Source: an uncultured Verrucomicrobiae bacterium
GTDB lineage: Bacteria > Verrucomicrobiota > Verrucomicrobiia > Limisphaerales > JAFGQR01
Length of the DNA stretch: 30,309 nt
Reading direction: 5' to 3'
Assembly (NCBI GenBank): GCA_963788655.1
Contig: CAWBHS010000112.1
Span: forward strand, 1 to 30,309
Shown: positions 10,383-17,178 of the stretch, piece after piece
Layout of the letters: every line of letters begins with the position of its first letter
Numbering within the stretch: position 1 is the first letter of the stretch
Translations under genes and position numbers: made by a program
The notes under the pieces: model-generated
What the model saw: the letters and a program-made list of their open reading frames with translations, nothing else
What the model was told of the DNA's origin: nothing
Database searches by the model: none

Positions 10383-12479
10383 TTATATTATCGTCGTCAA
10401 TTCCTTGCCCACCTGCAATACCGCCAAACAGGTTTCGGCCGTTTCGGGATCATTCAATGCGAGGACGCCACAGTCAATCCGGGCCCGGGGACTGCCAGCC
10501 AACTGCAGGGGAAAGCGCGATTTGAGTGCCTGGGCAAATTCGGGAAAGCTGGCCCACCCCTTCTGGCGTAATCTGGCTTTGCCGACCAATTCCATGATGG
10601 CGCTCCGGCCGGGGCAGACGTGTTTCATCAATTCGAGCATTAGCCGGCCCATGGTGAAGCGCGCGTTGATTTCAACCAACGGCTTCAAGCAAAGGGCCCC
10701 GGTTTTATCGCGGTAAATCAGCGCGTCAACTCCCAGCGGTCCCTGGAAACCAGCCGCCGCCAACTTCGGCTCCAGGCATTCGGCCAGCGCCCCATACAAC
10801 TCTTTCAATCGATACCCGACTCCGCCATGAACGAAAACCGCCATTTCCCGAGTCAGCCCGCCGGTGAAACGTGGGGTATATACCGAAGCCTGATACTGGC
10901 CGCGAACATCGTTCACCATCTTGACCAATCCCACTTGGCGAAGACCGTGAGCCCCCATCTCCATCTGGCAGGAAAAATCCAGTTGCCGGTCCAGCCAGGG
11001 TTCGATGACCAATGCGCCTTCCGCCTCGAGGGTGCGCCGCAACCAGGTTTTTTGGGAGTCCAACAATTCCGGTTCCCAAAGGCGCAACTGCGAATTTCCC
11101 GCACTGCCAAACAACTGCTTGGCCACGATGGGCACGTGCCCGCGCCGGCGAAGGGCGGCAACCAAGCCCAATGCCTCATCGTAATCCGTGACGCACTGCC
11201 CCACCTCCGCCTCCGGGCACAGCCAGTCGCGGTCCTGGCGGCGTTCAAGAAATTCCCGCAGCACGTCCAGCGCCCACGCTTTGCTGAACAGCGGTTGGAT
11301 CCGCTGGGCCCATTGCGGACCGGTGGGCAGGGCGGGCGTGGCAAGCTGGGGCAGGAGCGGTTGCAGCACGTCGATACTGTCGGGACTCCAGGCCCAGGGA
11401 CGCAGCCAGCCAATCTTTCGCCGGCGCAGTTCCGAATCGGCAGCCAGGTGACCTTGCTCCAGCACCTCGAATTGCGGCAGGTCAAAGCCGGCCTGCTTGA
11501 GTTCAGCCAGGAATTCGGTGCGCGGCTGCCGGGGAACCAGCACCACGTCATCCGGACCGCCGAGAAACTGAGGCACATTGGCCAGATCGCGCGCCATGGC
11601 CTCGATGATTCGCTCGCCCCGGGTTGCTTTCCCTTTGCCCAGGCGAATCTCAGCCCGCGGGTTGAACAGATAAATCGTCGGCGTCCGGCCTTTCGATTTG
11701 GAATAAACAAACAGTTCGCGGATGAACTCATCGTCCAAACCGGCTTTCCGCCGCGCTTCCGGATTGAACGGCTCCGCTTTGGCCCGGCTGGGCGAAAGCG
11801 GAAATTCCAGTTCGTTTTGAAACGCCTCCCAATCGCTAAGCGCCGGATCCTTCCAGCGCCGAAACCATTTCAAGCCATAACCAACATGCCCGATCTCGTC
11901 GCGATGAATCCGGGCAAGGATCTGTTCCGTGGCCGCGTCGCCGATCTGCTGGAAGCGGCGGGCAAAGTATCCGGAATAGTCCAGATTGGCCTGCTCGAAG
12001 GTCAGCGACAGTCGGGTGACGTAACTCAACGGAGTGTCCATGGGTGAAATGACGTTCCAAAAGAAACCGTTGACCGGGTACTGCCCGAACTCGACGCCGA
12101 GTTGCTTGAGCCGCTCAACATAAATCCGCGTATGTTCCTGCTCGTCCCGGAGCGTCTTCAAAATGCCGCGGCGAAACGACGGCGGCGCTTCTGGAAACTT
12201 CAGCAGCACCAACGCCATCAATTCCGTCGCCAGCAATTCATGGTTGGCAAACAGGTGCAACAATTGCCCGCGCACCGGGCCCTGTTCCAAGTGCTGCACC
12301 CGGGACATTTCAAATGACGACCGCCCGGTAAAGAACTTGAGCCCGTCAGGACGTCCCGGTTCGTCCGGAGTGGTTGAAGCGGCGCCCGGATGATGATCCG
12401 TAACCACCTCCGGGCATGCCAGCTTGAGCGCCAGCGACCTGCCATACAGAATTTGCTCAGCCAATTCGCGAAGTTCCAC
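10383..12479 (-). CDS. Ferritin-like (DUF455-type) di-iron domain fused to an ATP-grasp-like domain
   Basis: Probable GTG start at 12479 (VELRELAEQILYG); the ORF extension to 12641 runs through repeat DNA. Di-iron ligands in LHLFANHELLA, DEQEH, FEQANLD and IHRDEIGHV. ATP-grasp motifs VAKQLFGSAG, LVIEPWL and GPLGVDAL...VEINARFTMG. Confidence 0.8.
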   Translation of the reverse strand: MELRELAEQILYGRSLALKLACPEVVTDHHPGAASTTPDEPGRPDGLKFFTGRSSFEMSRVQHLEQGPVRGQLLHLFANHELLATELMALVLLKFPEAPPSFRRGILKTLRDEQEHTRIYVERLKQLGVEFGQYPVNGFFWNVISPMDTPLSYVTRLSLTFEQANLDYSGYFARRFQQIGDAATEQILARIHRDEIGHVGYGLKWFRRWKDPALSDWEAFQNELEFPLSPSRAKAEPFNPEARRKAGLDDEFIRELFVYSKSKGRTPTIYLFNPRAEIRLGKGKATRGERIIEAMARDLANVPQFLGGPDDVVLVPRQPRTEFLAELKQAGFDLPQFEVLEQGHLAADSELRRRKIGWLRPWAWSPDSIDVLQPLLPQLATPALPTGPQWAQRIQPLFSKAWALDVLREFLERRQDRDWLCPEAEVGQCVTDYDEALGLVAALRRRGHVPIVAKQLFGSAGNSQLRLWEPELLDSQKTWLRRTLEAEGALVIEPWLDRQLDFSCQMEMGAHGLRQVGLVKMVNDVRGQYQASVYTPRFTGGLTREMAVFVHGGVGYRLKELYGALAECLEPKLAAAGFQGPLGVDALIYRDKTGALCLKPLVEINARFTMGRLMLELMKHVCPGRSAIMELVGKARLRQKGWASFPEFAQALKSRFPLQLAGSPRARIDCGVLALNDPETAETCLAVLQVGKELTTII

Positions 12480-12610
12480 AACAGTCAAATGTTCGAAGCA
12501 GTAATACTCGAGCTCATTGCGCTCAGGATATGCCTCGTGCCCGGAATGAAAAGACCGATGTGAGCCGACGGCTGCGCCCCAGTGCATCCCCAAGTTGGCG
12601 GCGCTAGGGG

Positions 12611-12634
12611 ACGCCCGGTGAGGGCACCGGGCGT
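12611..12634. repeat. Perfect hairpin ACGCCCGGTG-AGGG-CACCGGGCGT (REP-like)
   Basis: 10-bp perfect arms with a 4-nt loop. Coincides with the 3' breakpoint of the GT4 fragment. Confidence 0.6.
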
Positions 12635-12754
12635 GCCGCACAACATGGCTTCCACCAGGACCAGCCCAAATGCTTCCGGAAATTGGATGGGATACAACAA
12701 AGCCCGGGCCCCACCCAGCAAACGGTCGCGTTCGGCGCCACTAACGAATCCCGC
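12629..12754 (-). pseudogene. Glycosyltransferase family 4 fragment (about 42 codons)
   Basis: Translation AGFVSGAERDRLLGGARALLYPIQFPEAFGLVLVEAMLCGTP carries the GT-B E-x7-E signature (EAFGLVLVEAM..G.P). No GT-like sequence on either side. Confidence 0.8.
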
Positions 12755-12763
12755 TTAGGCGAT

Positions 12764-12892
12764 CTCCCCGGCCCTCTCCCCAGGGGAGAGGGAGAATTGG
12801 CGACCGCGCGCCAACGCAAGACGCCGGTGGGCAATTTCTAACGCGGCTTCGCTGCGGTTCCCTCTCCTGGGGGAGAGGGGCAGGGTGAGGGG
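12764..12892. repeat. Inverted pair of CCCTCTCCC..GGGAGAGGG palindromic repeats
   Basis: CTCCCCGGCCCTCTCCCCAGGGGAGAGGGAG at 12764..12794 and TCCCTCTCCTGGGGGAGAGGGGCAGGGTGAGGGG at 12859..12892. Each is a hairpin and the two are mutually inverted. Confidence 0.75.
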
Positions 12893-13065
12893 AAAGGAAC
12901 CCAGCGACCATCTCAGCGGGTTGTAGTTGCAGAGGACTCATCAGTACGTCTCCAACAATCCGCCGGGTGACAGCGCGCAGCATGCATGGAGCAGCGTGAT
13001 CTTCCCTTGGTTGTAGGCCCGGTCCCTGGACTGCACGCACTTAAGATTTGCTCCCAATAGCCCAA

Positions 13066-13185
13066 TCCATTCGTGTCCTTTCGCACTACAATGCATACGT
13101 GTTTTCACAGGCTCCGCAAATTTCTTTCCGTTTCAACTCTTCAACTTTAGTTGCGGCTCTGCCGCGCTGTGTCCATTCGTGGTTG
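13066..13185. repeat. Short repeats CATTCGTG(T/G) and a GCGGC-TCT-GCCGC hairpin
   Basis: TCCATTCGTGTCC near 13066 and TGTCCATTCGTGGTTG near 13170 share CATTCGTGGTTG with 8919..8930. Hairpin GCGGC-TCT-GCCGC at 13153..13165. Confidence 0.5.
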
Positions 13186-13192
13186 CCTCTTT

Positions 13193-14329
13193 CTAACTCA
13201 TTGCCTGCCCCAAAAAACGCGGCAGCACTTTTTCCGCGGCAAACACTTCTTCCGCCAACTGGCGCGCCGCGCGGCGATGGCGATCGTAGTCGGCGTTGAT
13301 GATTTCCACCCCTCGGATCGCGTCGTTCAAGTCGCGGAAAACCAACAAGCCTTCGCCGGTCGTCAGCCAATCCGTCAGGCCGGTGTCAGCCATCAGCACC
13401 GGCCGGCCCGAGGCCAGGTAACACACGGTCCGGTCGCTGAACCAACCGCCGCGCATGGCCACGTAGCCGTGTTTGGGCACGCTGAACTCGCCCCGCGATT
13501 GCTGGATGAACTCGCGGTAGGAGCCCGGTGTGCGGGAAATCACTTCGCCCGGCGCAATCTCCCACCCGTGCGCTGTCAACGTATCCGGCTCCGTCCCCAT
13601 CATGGCCAACCGAAACGGTTGCGTCGTGCGCTGCGGCAATTCGAGATACTGCTGAAACTGCTGGTCTCGTTGTCCGTAAGTCGCGCCGCCATGCTTGGCC
13701 TCGCGGAAACCCTGCCAGCGAATGATCGAGGTGAAATGACTCGCGTCCTCCGCCGCAAAGGGCCATTCGTTCAAGGCGACCGGCGGCAGCGTTTTGAGCC
13801 AGGGACCACCGTCGGTGGGAATGGGGCAATCCGCCGCGCCAATCCGTTGGCCCACGGTGAAACGCCGTTCGCAGCGGGCGATGCCTTCGGCCAGGCCCTG
13901 GTCGCCGTTGGCAATGCTGATTTGCGTGAAGCCGGGATCCACATCGATGAACGCCCGGCGCGTGGGTTGATCATATTCCGGACGCCAGACCCATAAGGGC
14001 GAAGCGCGCACGATCAACAGGTCAGCCTTCCGGCACACGGCCTGGAACTGTTCGACCGGCAGGCCGCGTGTTTCGTGGTTGGTGCGGTAAATCCAACGAT
14101 CCGAAAAACCGAAGGGCGCGAGACAGGCGTTTACGTACGCGGCGGGATAATCCAGTTCGTAATTCCACTCCGCCTGTTCCCAGTCCCACACGAAGGATGT
14201 ATCGCCGCAGTCTTCCAGGTAATACACCTCATGACCCAGCGCGCGGAAGCCGAGCAAATACTGGAGGCTGGCCCAGGCTTGTCCGCCCAAACCTGAACGC
14301 CCAATGGTGCCGGCGAGGATGATGGTCAT
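13193..14329 (-). CDS. Glycosyltransferase-like protein (GT-B fold, uncharacterised family), paralog B
   Basis: 378 aa. N-terminal IILAGTIGRSGLGGQAWASLQYLLGFRALGHEVYYLED; C-terminal SRGEFSVPKHGYV..RGGWFSDRTVCYLASGRPVLMADTG. Clearly homologous to 14652..15815. Confidence 0.75.
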   Translation of the reverse strand: MTIILAGTIGRSGLGGQAWASLQYLLGFRALGHEVYYLEDCGDTSFVWDWEQAEWNYELDYPAAYVNACLAPFGFSDRWIYRTNHETRGLPVEQFQAVCRKADLLIVRASPLWVWRPEYDQPTRRAFIDVDPGFTQISIANGDQGLAEGIARCERRFTVGQRIGAADCPIPTDGGPWLKTLPPVALNEWPFAAEDASHFTSIIRWQGFREAKHGGATYGQRDQQFQQYLELPQRTTQPFRLAMMGTEPDTLTAHGWEIAPGEVISRTPGSYREFIQQSRGEFSVPKHGYVAMRGGWFSDRTVCYLASGRPVLMADTGLTDWLTTGEGLLVFRDLNDAIRGVEIINADYDRHRRAARQLAEEVFAAEKVLPRFLGQAMS

Positions 14330-14341
14330 GCGGCCGCCATG

Positions 14342-14632
14342 TTAGTAGTAACGCACCGGCAAATTCAGCAAGGCACAACAACACGCCAGTGGAACCAGCG
14401 TGGCGTCCAATTGCCCGGTGGCGAGTTGGCGGGTTTGTTCCGCGGTCAGTTCAAACTGCTCCGGTAGGTAGCGTTTGCAGGCGTCGAACTCGGCTTCATA
14501 CGCCGGGCCGGGGGAAAACAGGACGCCCTGCCGCAATTCGTTGTCATGCCGGTCGAGCAAGGGGCCGGGCTCGACATGCAGTCGGTCGCCACAGAACGGG
14601 CACCGCAGGATATTGAGCAGCGAAACCTTCAT
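14342..14632 (-). CDS. Short protein with a Trm112-like N-terminus (LLNILRCPFCG); probably an internally deleted remnant
   Basis: In-operon ORF between the two GT-like genes. The Trm112-like start has the first CxxC but lacks the usual second Cys pair and the Y/F-P-I/V..GIP motif. Confidence 0.55.
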   Translation of the reverse strand: MKVSLLNILRCPFCGDRLHVEPGPLLDRHDNELRQGVLFSPGPAYEAEFDACKRYLPEQFELTAEQTRQLATGQLDATLVPLACCCALLNLPVRYY

Positions 14633-14651
14633 GATTGCTCCGGGGCTTCCC

Positions 14652-15815
14652 TCACAATCCCGCTCGTTCCATCAGGCTGCCGACCACCTTCTCGGCGGCG
14701 AAATGTTCCGCGGCGATTTCTCTCGCGGCGCGGCAGTTGCCTTCGTAGTCGGTTTGGATGGTGTCCACGGCCCGCAGAATATCTTCCATCGTGTTGAAAC
14801 CAAACAGGCCCTTGCCCGTGGGCAGAAACTTGCTGAAGCCCGTTTCCTGCGTAATGACCGGCCGTCCGGCGGCGAGGTAACACGCACTGCGGTCGCTGAA
14901 CCAACCCGTGCGAGGCCGCACATACTGGTCGCGGGCCACGGTGAATTCACCGCGGGATTGTTGAATGTAGCCGTGATAACCGGCGAGGTCGCGCGAGATG
15001 TTAATCGAATCGGTTTGCCGCCAGCCCCGTTCGCGCAACCGCGTTTTCACCGAGTCATCGACCGTCGCCGCCAATTCGAACGCCACCGGTCGGCGGCGCG
15101 GCAGGTCCAGGAATTTTTCAAACTCGCGGTCCTTCGTCCAATACCAGGTCTTGCCGCGCCAATCGAGATCCTTGCCTTGGTTGTGCCAGGTGGTGATGGT
15201 GTTGAAGGTGGACCCGCCGCACGCCGGGCCGGTCCATAAATCCATGGCCACCGGTTGACGGGTCGGCAGCCATTGGAACTTCTCGAGGGGCACGTCACAA
15301 TCGTCAGCCCCCAGATTTTCGCCGAAGGTGAAAAGCGTATCGTGCGCCGCCAGCGTATCGATCATGCCCTGATCGCCTTGGGCGACTTTGACCTGTGACG
15401 CGAACGGATCGGATTCCACGTAGATGCGGCGTTTGATGGCGCGATGCTCGTCGCGGATTTCCTGGGCCGCGGTGACGTTCAGAAAGGCATCGGCATCGCG
15501 ATAGAGTTGGGCGATTTGCGCTTCGGTCATGCCGTAACATTGGCCTTCGGGATATTTGCCGCGAAACGCCCACTTGTCGCCGAAGCCGTATTGCTCGAGC
15601 GCGGGTTGCACTGCGGCGATGTTGGCGCTGGCATCCGGCGACAGATCGTTCAGATGCGGATCGTAAATCCAGCGGCCCGAGTCCTCGATGTAATACGGAT
15701 CGTAGCCCAGGCGTCGCAGCCCAATCAGGTAGTGCAGAAACTGGTAAGTAACCCCGGCCAACGGATACCAGAAGAGGATGCCGAAGACGATGATTTTGCC
15801 TTTGGGAGGGGGCAT
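14652..15815 (-). CDS. Glycosyltransferase-like protein (GT-B fold, uncharacterised family), paralog A
   Basis: IIVFGILFWYPLAGVTYQFLHYLIGLRRLGYDPYYIEDSG ... SRGEFTVARDQYVRPRTGWFSDRSACYLAAGRPVITQETG. Alternative GTG start at 15824. Confidence 0.75.
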   Translation of the reverse strand: MPPPKGKIIVFGILFWYPLAGVTYQFLHYLIGLRRLGYDPYYIEDSGRWIYDPHLNDLSPDASANIAAVQPALEQYGFGDKWAFRGKYPEGQCYGMTEAQIAQLYRDADAFLNVTAAQEIRDEHRAIKRRIYVESDPFASQVKVAQGDQGMIDTLAAHDTLFTFGENLGADDCDVPLEKFQWLPTRQPVAMDLWTGPACGGSTFNTITTWHNQGKDLDWRGKTWYWTKDREFEKFLDLPRRRPVAFELAATVDDSVKTRLRERGWRQTDSINISRDLAGYHGYIQQSRGEFTVARDQYVRPRTGWFSDRSACYLAAGRPVITQETGFSKFLPTGKGLFGFNTMEDILRAVDTIQTDYEGNCRAAREIAAEHFAAEKVVGSLMERAGL

Positions 15816-15833
15816 TGTTTGCACGGTGGTATG

Positions 15834-15881
15834 GTTTAAAGGTTAAAGCGTTGAAGAGTTAACGGGTTAAAGGGTTAAAGC
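15834..15881. repeat. Octamer tandem repeat GTT(A/G/T)A(A/C)GN x6
   Basis: GTTTAAAG GTTAAAGC GTTGAAGA GTTAACGG GTTAAAGG GTTAAAGC. Overlaps the stop of the acyltransferase gene. Similar runs near 8763 and 26681. Confidence 0.65.
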
Positions 15882-16463
15882 GGTGGGGTGGTCCAGGGTG
15901 CGGATGATGCGAGCAGGATTGCCGGCAACGACGGTGTAGGCCGGCACAGATTCGGTGACGACGGAGCGGGCGCCGACGACAGAACCTTCGCCAATCGTTA
16001 CGCCCGGCAGCACGCAGGCGTCGAACCCAATCCACACGTTGCGTTCGATGCGAATGGGACGGGCCGGCACGTCGGCGGCAGCCAGGCGCAATTCGCGGGT
16101 CGGCACGCGCTCCAACTCACGCCGGCGGGTGGGCGGATCGAAAGGCACACGATAGGTATCCATTAACACGACATTCCACGAGATCAATGCGTAATCGCCA
16201 ATGCTCACTTCGGCGTCGCAGATGATGCGCGCTCCATGCACCAGAGCATAATCACCCAGCGTCACGCGTCCATGCGGACCCACATCAAACATCGTGCCAA
16301 GATAAGTGGAAGCGGCCTGACCGTAGCGAACGGCTTCAGGTTGCCGGCTGCGGAACAGGAAGAAACTGAAGGTCGTTTCGCAATAAGCCGTTTCGGGAAT
16401 AATCACGTTCTCCGGAATCGTTCCCGGATACCAGTCCCATGCCAATTGACGGTTTTCGTTCAC
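15867..16463 (-). CDS. Hexapeptide-repeat (LbH) acyltransferase, maltose/galactoside O-acetyltransferase-like
   Basis: GTG start overlaps the upstream stop (GTGA). [52 protein letters not shown]. Confidence 0.88.
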   Translation of the reverse strand: MNENRQLAWDWYPGTIPENVIIPETAYCETTFSFFLFRSRQPEAVRYGQAASTYLGTMFDVGPHGRVTLGDYALVHGARIICDAEVSIGDYALISWNVVLMDTYRVPFDPPTRRRELERVPTRELRLAAADVPARPIRIERNVWIGFDACVLPGVTIGEGSVVGARSVVTESVPAYTVVAGNPARIIRTLDHPTALTL

Positions 16464-17044
16464 TCGACCTGACCAATGATTTGCGCCGGATTGCCGAGCA
16501 CGCGAGCCCGGGCCGGCACGTCGCGGGTCACCAGCGAACCCGCCTCGATGAATGCTCCGGCGCCCACGCGCACGCCTTTGAGAATTGTGGCATTGGGGCC
16601 GATCCAAACGTCATCCTCGATGATGACCGGTTTTTTCAAGATTGCCGGGCGGGGCCGGCCTTGGGCTTGCCGCGAACAGGCGATGGCGTCGGCGATTCGT
16701 TCCGCCGGCGCGAGGGGATGGAAATCCGTATCGGCAATGGTCGTGTTCCAACCGATCATCACGTAATTCCCGATCCGCACTTCGAGTTCGCACAGCAACA
16801 CGGCATTGGTGAAGTAGCAGTAATCTCCGACCGACATCCGCCCTTGTTCGCCCAGGTCGAAATGCACGCCCTCCATGGTGCCATGCGCGCCGATGACGAG
16901 CGCATTGGGTTCCCGGCTATTAAAACGTTTGAAGGCCAGGTCGCCAGTGATCAGGGTGTTCGCGCCCAGAACCACATTGGCCGGCAAAACGCCGTTTGCC
17001 CACCGGCCTGGCACTGATTCGGTTGTTGAATCGGTTCTTTGCAT
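16460..17044 (-). CDS. Hexapeptide-repeat (LbH) acyltransferase
   Basis: IADTDFHP...[52 protein letters not shown]. Confidence 0.9.
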   Translation of the reverse strand: MQRTDSTTESVPGRWANGVLPANVVLGANTLITGDLAFKRFNSREPNALVIGAHGTMEGVHFDLGEQGRMSVGDYCYFTNAVLLCELEVRIGNYVMIGWNTTIADTDFHPLAPAERIADAIACSRQAQGRPRPAILKKPVIIEDDVWIGPNATILKGVRVGAGAFIEAGSLVTRDVPARARVLGNPAQIIGQVE

Positions 17045-17050
17045 GCCTTC

Positions 17051-17126
17051 GTAGCCGCCGCCGTGAGGAGGCCGAGTATTGGGCCACTTCGCCCCGACGC
17101 ATCCGCCTCGTTGCCTTGGCGGCTAT
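17051..17126. repeat. REP-like imperfect inverted repeat (GTAGCCGCC...GGCGGCTAT)
   Basis: Left arm GTAGCCGCCGCCGTGAGGAGGC, right arm GCCTCGTTGCCTTGGCGGCTAT. A related half copy lies at 2157..2174. Confidence 0.65.
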
Positions 17127-17178
17127 ACTGTCAAACGCGGCTTCGATCCTGCCGCCGGCCGCCGCGCTTGACGAGCAT

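Noticed and set aside
12480..12641. N-terminal extension of the DUF455 fusion in the ORF track
   Set aside because: It starts inside the GT4 fragment and hairpin. The GTG at 12479 is the more plausible start.
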